A DNA stretch of 32,000 nucleotides from Mycolicibacterium smegmatis (GTDB lineage Bacteria > Actinomycetota > Actinomycetes > Mycobacteriales > Mycobacteriaceae), in contig NZ_LN831039.1 of assembly GCF_001457595.1 (NCBI RefSeq), forward strand, positions 5,040,001 through 5,072,000. The letters run 5' to 3'. Position numbers and translations under genes: made by a program. The notes beneath the pieces were generated by a model. That model had not been told where the DNA came from. It did not search any database and saw only the letters and a program-made list of their open reading frames with translations. This document shows, one piece after another, positions 22,346 through 29,379 of this stretch; position 1 is the stretch's first letter; each line of letters starts with the position of its first letter.

Positions 22346-23935
22346 ATGAGCGATCCTATGCAAATCGCGCGACTTATTGATCGTGTGCTGCGTGGCGAAA
22401 TCCGCGTACCCGGCTTCCAGCGCGATTTCGTGTGGGAGCCCGACCGCGCAGCACTGTTGATGGATAGCATTTACAAGGAATATCCTTTTGGATCAATATT
22501 ACTGTGGCGAACTCGAAATCAATTGAAGACCGAGAAAAAGCTCGGAACGTTCGAGTTGCCCGAACCCGAAGCCGATTACCCCATCGACTACGTCCTCGAC
22601 GGACAACAACGAATCACATCAATATTCTCGACATTCCAAACCGTGCTGCCGCCATCTGACGAAGACCCAGAAGTATGGCTTCCGATATATTACGATTTCG
22701 GCGCTAAAGCGGACGCTCAAGACTCACAATTCCAAGCACTGTCGAAATCGCAAGTTGACGTTGCTAGACACTTTCCTCTGGCGGTGTTCTTTGACCCGGT
22801 TGAGTTCGCAGCGAAACAACGTGAATACGAACTTGACGACGATCGACTGAGAGAAATAGTAACCGTCCAATCTAGATTTTCTGGGGCCCTCATTCCGGTT
22901 GAGACTTTCTCGGGCGAGGATCGAACGAGCGTCGCCATAGTCTTCGAGCGGGTTAATCGGCAAGGCGTAAAACTCGACACTTTCCAACTGTTGACCGCAT
23001 GGACGTGGAGCGAGGAGTTTGATTTACAAGAGAAGTTCAAAGATCTGGCCGAACGTTTTGAGTCGTTCGGCTTTGAAGACATCGGCACGGATAACGATCT
23101 AATGTTGCGCTGCGCATCCGCCGTTTTGCGGGCAGACCCGTCGCCGACCGCATTGATCGACATCAATGGCGCAGAAGTTCGCGAGAAATTCGATGTGATC
23201 GTGAAGGCGCTCGACCGAACAGTCGACTACCTGAGAAATGAAATGCAAGTACGGCATCTCAAGTTTCTGCCGTACGCCGGTCTACTTATTCCACTTTGTG
23301 CGTACTTCTCCCGTAAACAGTCGACCGGCATCAGCGATGCGGACAATAGGGTCCTGCGACGATGGTTCTGGCGAACTACTTTCACCCATCGCTATAGCGG
23401 TAATCCGTCACGCAGCGTCAAGCGGGATGTAGAGGCCGCGATCGAATTGCGTGAAGGTAATGAGTCGTCGCTGGACAAGCTTGATGCCGAAATTGGGACG
23501 GACTTCTATCTTGGAAACACATTCAATAACCGAACTGTAGCTACTCGCGCCTTCATTTTGCAATTGGCGGCCCACTCCCCTAGATCGTTCATCAGTGGCG
23601 GAACGATCACACTGGACGACGTACTGTCTGAACCTAACCGACGCGAATACCACCATTGTTATCCGAAAGCGTATGTAGCCAACTCCGGGGCAACGTCGAT
23701 CTACGACGTCAACTGCCTTGCGAACTTTGCGTTTCTCAGCCGATCCGAAAACCGCGAGATTTCGGACAAAGCACCCTCGGTCTATCGCTCGCTCATGGCG
23801 GACAACGTAGACGACATCCTGGCCTCACAAGTCATTCATCAGAATCTGTTCAATGATGATTTCGACGAATTCCTGCGAGAACGCGCCCTGATGCTGGTGT
23901 TCGATGCGGGGAACTTGATGGACGTGAGTAACTGA
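22346..23935 (+). CDS. DUF262 (ParB/Srx-like NTPase) plus DUF1524-like His-Me finger nuclease; GmrSD-family type IV (modification-dependent) restriction candidate
   Basis: The N-terminus has IRVPGFQRDFVWEP and DYVLDGQQRITSI (DGQQR motif). The C-terminus has EYHHCYPKAY...NCLANFAFLSRSENREISDKAP (H-x-x-P ... N ... N pattern). The track ORF starts at 22229. I prefer the ATG at 22346 (MSDPMQIARLIDRV...) with a GGGGG run 5 nt upstream. The gene is AT-richer than the flanks. Confidence 0.85.
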   Translation: MSDPMQIARLIDRVLRGEIRVPGFQRDFVWEPDRAALLMDSIYKEYPFGSILLWRTRNQLKTEKKLGTFELPEPEADYPIDYVLDGQQRITSIFSTFQTVLPPSDEDPEVWLPIYYDFGAKADAQDSQFQALSKSQVDVARHFPLAVFFDPVEFAAKQREYELDDDRLREIVTVQSRFSGALIPVETFSGEDRTSVAIVFERVNRQGVKLDTFQLLTAWTWSEEFDLQEKFKDLAERFESFGFEDIGTDNDLMLRCASAVLRADPSPTALIDINGAEVREKFDVIVKALDRTVDYLRNEMQVRHLKFLPYAGLLIPLCAYFSRKQSTGISDADNRVLRRWFWRTTFTHRYSGNPSRSVKRDVEAAIELREGNESSLDKLDAEIGTDFYLGNTFNNRTVATRAFILQLAAHSPRSFISGGTITLDDVLSEPNRREYHHCYPKAYVANSGATSIYDVNCLANFAFLSRSENREISDKAPSVYRSLMADNVDDILASQVIHQNLFNDDFDEFLRERALMLVFDAGNLMDVSN

Positions 23936-23937
23936 AC

Positions 23938-24081
23938 GTGGGTACGGCCCGTCAGACCTCGAACAAGCCTTCCGCTTCCTCGGCTGCGGTGATCCGCGCG
24001 GCTCGTATCAACAACATCGGCACAGCCGGTCACGCACGACTGCACCGCCCACAGCGAGCGTTGCCGCGTGGCCGGTCATGA
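23938..24081 (+). CDS. Possible 47-codon ORF (GTG start 2 nt after the DUF262 stop) carrying the conserved peptide AVIRAARINNIGTAGHARLHRPQRALPRG; alternatively the 3' relic of a paralogue of the 29408-29876 ORF
   Basis: Read by hand: VGTARQTSNKPSASSAAVIRAARINNIGTAGHARLHRPQRALPRGRS*. Its 3' 86 nt match 29775-29860, with differences almost only at third codon positions. It is below the ORF-track size cutoff. Confidence 0.3.
   Translation: MGTARQTSNKPSASSAAVIRAARINNIGTAGHARLHRPQRALPRGRS
23969..24077 (+). repeat. Copy 1 of a dispersed direct repeat of about 110 nt (partner 29760-29871)
   Basis: Aligned by hand. The core 23986-24071 versus 29775-29860 gives 70 of 86 identical, ungapped. CTTCCGCT lies upstream and CCGGTC downstream in both copies. 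Confidence 0.85.
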
Positions 24082-25596
24082 GCCCGATTCGGCATCCGGT
24101 GAGTCAGCGTGCTCATTTTCGGCGTATAGGTTTTCGTCGGGCAAACCTGGCAAAAACGGGCCGTGATTCAAAATCATATCCTCAGGCACCTGGGCAAGGT
24201 GTTCGCGTGCCGATTGGCGCTGCTTAGGTGCCCTTCTTTTACTTGCTTTGACGGCGGCACGAAACTCGTCAAGCGTATAAATTGTATCGTCCGAGCCATA
24301 CATATAGTAGACCGGCGCCTTTTCTTCCATTCCGACCCGCTCGCCATTAACGGTTGCGCGATCATCAAGCATGATAAGCAACGGAACCTGGTAACCTACA
24401 ATGTATGAATGGTCCCAGTAGCGACCTTCATCCCAAGCATTATCAGCAAGCTGATCGTAATGGCCCATTAAGTCAACGACGTGCTGACGGCTCAAATATT
24501 CGCCAGAAGCGCGCCGTAAGAGAATGCGACGGCACGCATCACGCGCACCGTCGTGAAACGACCAGCAATAGAGCACAGCGGGGTACTTCTTATGAGGCAC
24601 CGTTTTGGCGATTGGTTCTGCGACTCGGATCTTTTTGTCATACTCCGCCACACGGGCGTAGCCCGCTTCGTCGATGAAACAGACACCGAGGTTAGCGCGC
24701 TTGAGCTCCTGTAAGAACTTCACACCACTAGTTTTCAGTGTAATTAGATTGAATTCCTTTACGTCATCTTCGTCTGCGCCAAACGGAGACACAAAATAGG
24801 CTGGCTCGGCATACTGTCCCATATCCTTAAGCAACGCTTTGTAAAGCCGCCGAAAGTTCCAGTCTTTAAGGGAGTATCCGACAAATACTAGTGTGCGGGT
24901 GGCTAGAAGCTCCGTCAGTAGCCCACCCAAGACACCTTCGCGCAACGACTTGAGACTTCGCTTGTAGTCACTTTCCGTCGCGACGATACTGCCGAGGTTT
25001 GTCATGCTTCCATGGATTTTCAAGACTCGGCGTCCGGGCATTTTCCATAGCGCGATGTCGTCACCCGTGACGAACGGAATAGCTGCACATTCTTCTTCGA
25101 AATACGTGTCCCAATTAGTAGTGACGATATCCTCTAGATAAGGCATGGCTGCTAGTTCCTGATGGAAACGTCGTGCGTAGTACCTAAGAGTCCAGAAGCT
25201 ATCGACGTAATCGAACTTCGCTCTTACCATCTGGATAAATTCGCGACGGCCAAATTTTTTCACGAATGCTTCAATAACCTCAGGGAAAGAACCGGGTTCG
25301 TCTAGCTGAAGCATTTCTACAGCACGCTGGTAGACCGTCTGCGGGAACACCGTAGGCACCTCGGTACTGATCCCAGCACCGGCGAAGATTACAACTTGTC
25401 GCATGTGGGCCGCACGCACCAGCTCTACGGGCAACTCGAAGTCATGATCGAGTCCACAGTGCGTGCATTGACAGATCTCTGCGTGCTGGGCACCGTCCCC
25501 AGCCCGAACTATCGCGCCTTCTCCCGCCATGTGTTCGATGGTCGCAGATGTACGGTTACTGGCTTCTGAGCGGCGCGCCTTTAGGCGTGCCGCCAT
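24076..25596 (-). CDS. SIR2_2-family (NAD+-consuming) domain protein with a C-terminal domain of about 200 aa that I cannot assign; candidate stand-alone abortive-infection effector
   Basis: Motifs present are VVIFAGAGIS (NAD-binding glycine motif), IVTTNWDTYFE (catalytic Asn), VLKIHGSMTNLGSIVATESDY (catalytic His) and LVFVGYSLKDWNFRRLY. An alternative start is the ATG at 25530 (MAGEGAIV...). The 25596 ATG lies in the GC-rich flank, inside the TauE-like remnant, so 25530 may be the native start. This is the most AT-rich stretch among the 60-nt lines I hand-counted. Confidence 0.85.
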   Translation of the reverse strand: MAARLKARRSEASNRTSATIEHMAGEGAIVRAGDGAQHAEICQCTHCGLDHDFELPVELVRAAHMRQVVIFAGAGISTEVPTVFPQTVYQRAVEMLQLDEPGSFPEVIEAFVKKFGRREFIQMVRAKFDYVDSFWTLRYYARRFHQELAAMPYLEDIVTTNWDTYFEEECAAIPFVTGDDIALWKMPGRRVLKIHGSMTNLGSIVATESDYKRSLKSLREGVLGGLLTELLATRTLVFVGYSLKDWNFRRLYKALLKDMGQYAEPAYFVSPFGADEDDVKEFNLITLKTSGVKFLQELKRANLGVCFIDEAGYARVAEYDKKIRVAEPIAKTVPHKKYPAVLYCWSFHDGARDACRRILLRRASGEYLSRQHVVDLMGHYDQLADNAWDEGRYWDHSYIVGYQVPLLIMLDDRATVNGERVGMEEKAPVYYMYGSDDTIYTLDEFRAAVKASKRRAPKQRQSAREHLAQVPEDMILNHGPFLPGLPDENLYAENEHADSPDAESGS

Positions 25597-25826
25597 ACGC
25601 GAATCGCTGAGAGCGCCAGCAGAGCGGCCAACAACGGCACGATGATCAGGCTCGGGATCACACCGAGAAGCAGAGCACCCACTACCGTCCCGGTGATCGA
25701 GCCAGCCGCCATGACGACCACAAAACGCATGTTGTGCCGCAGCACCACGAAACTCTGATCACGGCTGTGGGTCTGGACGCTACCGAAGAGACGCACTCTC
25801 GACACGTCGTCAGTAAGCCGTGGCAA
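25581..25826 (-). pseudogene. Remnant resembling the C-terminal TM hairpin of a TauE/SafE (DUF81) family permease
   Basis: RFVVVMAAGSITGTVVGALLLGVIPSLIIVPLLAALLALSAIRVW resembles a TauE C-terminus. No matching N-terminal 200 aa lies upstream, because that space is occupied by the 89-aa ORF. Confidence 0.4.
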
Positions 25827-26079
25827 TGCGCTTACCCGCCGTCACGCCGACGTAGTACTCCGCGCGGCGCTTGCGGGTCCGCAGCTTCACACCGGCCGAT
25901 ACGCCGTAGTACTCGCGGTTCGGACCGACGCGACCGAGCCGGACAGTGCTACCCGCCGAACCGCTGACATAGCGGGGACGGCGCGTCTTGATCTTGCGGG
26001 CAGTCCGCTTGACTGACGAGCCGCCGGTCGGAGCGAAGCGGCCTTTGCGGTCGCGCTTGTACGTCCGTCGTTTCGCCAT
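25810..26079 (-). CDS. Hypothetical 89-aa highly basic protein
   Basis: MAKRRTYKRDRKGRFAPTGG... has an internal EYY(G)V(S/T)AG(V)K duplication. Third-position GC is high, consistent with real coding. The ATG lies 3 nt after the stop of the 39-codon ORF upstream. Confidence 0.5.
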   Translation of the reverse strand: MAKRRTYKRDRKGRFAPTGGSSVKRTARKIKTRRPRYVSGSAGSTVRLGRVGPNREYYGVSAGVKLRTRKRRAEYYVGVTAGKRIATAY

Positions 26080-26082
26080 GGC

Positions 26083-26202
26083 TTAGTGCTTCCGTTTGCG
26101 CCGTGTGCGGCTCGCTGCGGCGTTTCCGACCTTGCTCGAACCCTTCGCCTTCGCCTGTCGTGCAAAGCGCTTCCGCGCTGCGGCCTGTTTCTTACTCGCC
26201 AT
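26083..26202 (-). CDS. Hypothetical 39-aa Lys/Arg-rich peptide
   Basis: Read by hand: MASKKQAAARKRFARQAKAKGSSKVGNAAASRTRRKRKH*. A GAAAGGA SD lies 6 nt upstream of the ATG. It is below the ORF-track cutoff. Confidence 0.35.
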   Translation of the reverse strand: MASKKQAAARKRFARQAKAKGSSKVGNAAASRTRRKRKH

Positions 26203-26212
26203 GGCGGTCCTT

Positions 26213-26345
26213 TCAATCGCTGAGCTTGATCGACGGTCCATCGGGCTTGCCCACGGTGCCCCGATTCACTTTCACGCGCGTTTCCCCCTTAGCCTCGATC
26301 CACCGATGAATTGGCTGGTCGCAGGGTGTCGTGACGAGGAAAGTG
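26213..26345 (-). pseudogene. 3' fragment of a minus-strand gene, apparently truncated by the IS1380-family insertion
   Basis: The frame reads ...TFLVTTPCDQPIHRWIEAKGETRVKVNRGTVGKPDGPSIKLSD* with about 70% GC3. The frame runs open into the IS with no plausible start codon. Confidence 0.3.
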
Positions 26346-27949
26346 CCTTCTGAGCTGTGATGATGAGTGTTCTCTAGGCACTTATCGGCACAACTTCGAA
26401 AGGCACTTCCGGTGAAAGTGTCCCATAGGTTCGCTGCGTCGTCGGCGGTCTTCGATGATGCCCATCTCGTGTCGTGCGCCGGTCTGGTGCCGGTAATGAC
26501 GCTGGCCACCCAGACCGGACTGTCACAGTTGCTGGCCGACAAGGTTCGTATCAGCGAACCACGGATCAAGTCCGGGTCGGCCAACCCGTCGCCGAAGCTG
26601 CTCACCGTGGTCGCCGGAATGTGCGCCGGCGCCGACAGCATTGATGACCTCGACCTCGTGCGTGGCGGCGGGATGAAGACGCTCTTCGATGGGGTCTATG
26701 CACCATCGACGATCGGAACACTGTTGCGGGAGTTCACCTTCGGACACGCCCGGCAGTTGGAGTCGGTCCTGCGTCATCATCTGGCCGCACTCTGTGCGCG
26801 GGTGGACCTGCTGCCCGGATCCGACACGGGGGCGTTCATCGACATCGACTCACTGCTGCGCCCGGTCTATGGCCACGCCAAACAGGGTGCCTCCTACGGG
26901 CATACCAAGATCGCTGGTAAGCAGGTTCTGCGTAAAGGGCTCTCCCCGTTGGCGACGACGATCAGCACCCCCGGAGCGGCGCCGGTGATCGCCGGGATGC
27001 GGCTGCGCGCCGGTAAGACCAGTTCCGGGAAGGGTGCGGGCCGCATGGTCGCCCAAGCCATCGCCACCGCCCGCGCCGCCGGCGTGCGCGGGCAACTGCT
27101 GGTGCGTGGCGATTCGTCCTACGGCACCCGGTCGGTGGTGGGCGCCTGCCGAGCCCACAATGCGCACTTCTCGGTGGTGATGACCCGCAATACCGCGGTT
27201 GATCGGGCCATCAGTTCGATCGACGAGCAGGCCTGGGAGCCGGTCAACTATCCCGGTGCAGTGCGTGATCCCGACACCGGTGACTGGATTTCTGATGCCG
27301 AGGTCGCCGAGGTCAGCTACACCGCCTTCGCCTCTACCAAAGATCGGTTCACCGCGCGGTTGGTGGTGCGGCGAGTCAAAGACGCGAGATTTCGGGACGC
27401 GCTGTTCCCGGTGTGGCGGTATCACCCGTTCTTCACCAACACAGACTTGCCGACCGCCGAGGCTGACATCACCCACCGCCAGCACGCGATCATCGAAACC
27501 GTCTTCGCCGATCTGATCGACGGACCCCTGGCCCACATGCCCTCAGGACAGTTCGGTGCCAACAGTGCGTGGGTGTTGTGCGCGGCGATCGCGCACAACC
27601 TGCTGCGCGCCGCCGGCGTGCTCGCAGGAGGTGCCCACGTGGTTGCCCGCGGCGCGACGCTGCGCCGCAAGATCGTCAACATTCCCGCCCGTCTGGCCCG
27701 ACCCCAGCGTCGACCGATCCTGCACCTCCCCGAGCACTGGCCCTGGACAGAGCACTGGCTCACGTTGTGGCGCAACACCATCGGATACAGCCCACCGCTA
27801 CCGGCAACGACCTGACCAACGCGCCGAACAGGCCCAACCGGAGCACACAGGAAAAGCTGGGCAGACCAGCAACTACCGCATGCCCGCAACACCGAACGCA
27901 GCAGAAACCACACACGGACACCTCAAGGAGGGCCGCTCCACGGATTCAG
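26346..27949 (+). mobile_element. IS1380-family insertion sequence (boundaries approximate)
   Basis: It holds a single transposase ORF. The right end is tentatively ...CCACGGATTCAGG (reverse complement CCTGAATCCGTGG, a CC-initiated terminus as I recall for this family). I could not find a convincing matching left inverted repeat or a target duplication. Confidence 0.5.
26367..27815 (+). CDS. IS1380-family DDE transposase
   Basis: 482-aa ORF. SSAVFDDAHLVSCAGLVPVMTLATQTGL...MCAGADSIDDLDLVRGGGM...FGHARQL...VRGDSSYG...HRQHAIIETVFADLIDGPLAHMPSGQFGANSAW matches actinobacterial IS1380-family transposases as I recall them. In-frame GTGs at 26412 and 26418 are alternative starts. Confidence 0.9.
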   Translation: MFSRHLSAQLRKALPVKVSHRFAASSAVFDDAHLVSCAGLVPVMTLATQTGLSQLLADKVRISEPRIKSGSANPSPKLLTVVAGMCAGADSIDDLDLVRGGGMKTLFDGVYAPSTIGTLLREFTFGHARQLESVLRHHLAALCARVDLLPGSDTGAFIDIDSLLRPVYGHAKQGASYGHTKIAGKQVLRKGLSPLATTISTPGAAPVIAGMRLRAGKTSSGKGAGRMVAQAIATARAAGVRGQLLVRGDSSYGTRSVVGACRAHNAHFSVVMTRNTAVDRAISSIDEQAWEPVNYPGAVRDPDTGDWISDAEVAEVSYTAFASTKDRFTARLVVRRVKDARFRDALFPVWRYHPFFTNTDLPTAEADITHRQHAIIETVFADLIDGPLAHMPSGQFGANSAWVLCAAIAHNLLRAAGVLAGGAHVVARGATLRRKIVNIPARLARPQRRPILHLPEHWPWTEHWLTLWRNTIGYSPPLPATT

Positions 27950-27962
27950 GCTTAGTGATCGG

Positions 27963-28060
27963 GTGGTAGTCGCGCGCCTGGCCCGCATCGCCGCTCAACT
28001 CACCGGGACCGACACGTCTAGGTTCGCCTCGCATCGCCGAATCCAGCGCAACCGCCAGCG
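27963..28060 (+). pseudogene. 5' part of a plus-strand ORF interrupted by the IS3-family element (continues at 29408)
   Basis: VVVARLARIAAQLTGTDTSRFASHRRIQRNRQR has very high GC3. Its reading frame (position mod 3 = 0) is the same as that of the ORF resuming at 29409. Confidence 0.35.
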
Positions 28061-28088
28061 TGAAACGCCCTGGGTTTCCCGGAGGCTC
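28061..28088. repeat. IS3-family terminal inverted repeat (orfB-proximal end)
   Basis: See the mobile-element entry. 25 of 28 match to the reverse complement of 29380-29407. Confidence 0.9.
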
Positions 28089-28091
28089 GGG

Positions 28092-28931
28092 CTATTGGAT
28101 TCCGATCAAGGGTTGGTCGGTCCGGTATGCATCGTAGAACGCAGCTTCGAACTCGGCAGGTGGGATGTCGCCGAGGTAGCTGTGTAGTCGGCTGGTGTTG
28201 TGCCAGTAGACCCAGCTGAGCGTCGCCAACTCGACGTCTTCGACGGTTTTCCATGGCCCGGTGCGGGCGGGGCCGTAGATCAGTTCGGCCTTGTAGTAGC
28301 CGTTGACCGTCTCCGCGAGAGCGTTGTCGAAACTGTCCCCGACGGTCCCGATTGACGGGACTGCGCCGATCTCAGCGAGCCTTTCCCCGTAGCGAATGGA
28401 GGTGAATTGCGACCCGGCATCCGAGTGACATCTCAAGCCTGGCAACATATTTCCACGTGACCACCGCGCCATCTCCAACGCGTCGAGCACCATCGAGGTC
28501 CGCATATGCGAGGCTACCCGCCAGCCCACGATCATCCGCGAATACGCGTCGATGATGAAGCACACATACGCCACCCCGGCCCAGGTCGGCACGAACGTCA
28601 GGTCGGTCACCCAGAGCTGGTTCGGGGCGGTCGCGGTGAAGTTGCGCTTCACCAAATCCGGATGCCGGGCCGCGGCCGGGTCGGGTTTGGTGGTGCGGAC
28701 CCGTTTGCCGCGCCGGACTCCCTCGATGCCGGCGGCCCGCATCAGCCGGGCCACCTGATCCCGGCCGACGTCATGACCCTCGCGGCGGGCGGTTTTCCAG
28801 AGCTTGCGGGCCCCATAGACGCAGTAGTTGTCTTTCCAGAGCTGACACAACGCCGGCCCCAGGACGGCGTCCCGCAGGGCCCGCGCCGACGGGACCCGGG
28901 CTTTGGTGTCGTAGTAGGTGCTCAGGGCCAC
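28092..28931 (-). CDS. IS3-family transposase OrfB (DDE catalytic domain), probably made as an OrfAB fusion by -1 frameshifting
   Basis: The DDE triad context is present: WVTDLTFV, CHSDAGSQFTS, NALAETVNGYYKAE. The orfB frame has no stop across at least the last 40 codons of orfA. Confidence 0.9.
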   Translation of the reverse strand: MALSTYYDTKARVPSARALRDAVLGPALCQLWKDNYCVYGARKLWKTARREGHDVGRDQVARLMRAAGIEGVRRGKRVRTTKPDPAAARHPDLVKRNFTATAPNQLWVTDLTFVPTWAGVAYVCFIIDAYSRMIVGWRVASHMRTSMVLDALEMARWSRGNMLPGLRCHSDAGSQFTSIRYGERLAEIGAVPSIGTVGDSFDNALAETVNGYYKAELIYGPARTGPWKTVEDVELATLSWVYWHNTSRLHSYLGDIPPAEFEAAFYDAYRTDQPLIGIQ

Positions 28932-29008
28932 CTGCAGGCCTGCGCTGCGCAGGACGGTGCAGATGGGCTCGACCCCGAACTCCTCGCGATTGGCGTCGAT
29001 GAACTCGA

Positions 29009-29353
29009 CTATTTCTTGTGTTGGCGGTCGAGCTCCGCCCCGAAGAAACTCGCTGCACGTTTCAGAATCTCGTTGGCGCGCTTGAGTTCTCGATTCTCCT
29101 GCTCGAGCTCCTGCACCCTTTTCGACTCCGCGGTCGTCACCCCGGGTGCCAGGCCTTCGTCGATGTCGGCCTGACGGACCCAGGTGCGCACCGATTCCAC
29201 TCCGTAGCCGAGCTGGCGAGCAACGCGCTGCACCGTGCCCTGCTCGGTGCCCAGCTCCGCCCGGAGCGTGCGGACCATCCGTACCGCGGCGGCCTTCTCC
29301 TCGGCACTGTATCGACGCGTCGTGGGTTTCCCGGGCGACTGTTCCTTCGGCAT
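29009..29353 (-). CDS. IS3-family transposase OrfA (HTH plus leucine zipper)
   Basis: 114-aa ORF with RRYSAEEKAAAVRMV...VQRVARQLGYGVESVRTWVRQ (HTH) and a heptad region VQELEQENRELKRANEILKRA. Confidence 0.9.
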   Translation of the reverse strand: MPKEQSPGKPTTRRYSAEEKAAAVRMVRTLRAELGTEQGTVQRVARQLGYGVESVRTWVRQADIDEGLAPGVTTAESKRVQELEQENRELKRANEILKRAASFFGAELDRQHKK

Positions 29354-29379
29354 ACCTGCATCCTCGTTTCCAAGGTCAG

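Noticed and set aside
22165-22470. 101-aa minus-strand ORF between the tRNA and the DUF262 gene. Also 22717-23166, 22724-22987, 23408-23656 and 23839-24045 on the minus strand, and 24163-24408 and 24405-24677 on the plus strand.
   Set aside because: They are antisense to, or out of frame with, the well-supported DUF262 and SIR2 genes and carry no motifs.
25887-26216. 109-aa minus-strand ORF, and the plus-strand ORFs 26096-26353 and 26103-26309.
   Set aside because: They overlap the SD-preceded 39-aa and coupled 89-aa basic ORFs in other frames or on the other strand. Their products are Arg/Ser/Pro-rich with no start-site support.
26330-26370. Attempted to pair the left terminus CCTTCTGAGCTGTG... 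with the right terminus reverse complement CCTGAATCCGTGG... as IS1380 inverted repeats, and looked for 4-bp (AGTG) or long direct repeats.
   Set aside because: Only the first 3 nt and scattered positions match, and no consistent target duplication is present. The boundaries are left approximate.
27950-28060. Minus-strand frame LAVALDSAMRGEPRRVGPGELSGDAGQARDYHPITK, as a possible upstream continuation of the truncated 26213-26345 fragment across the IS1380 element.
   Set aside because: GC3 (about 72%) is lower than for the plus-strand frame (about 84%). There is no way to join the frames without knowing the IS ends. It is an unresolved alternative and is not called.
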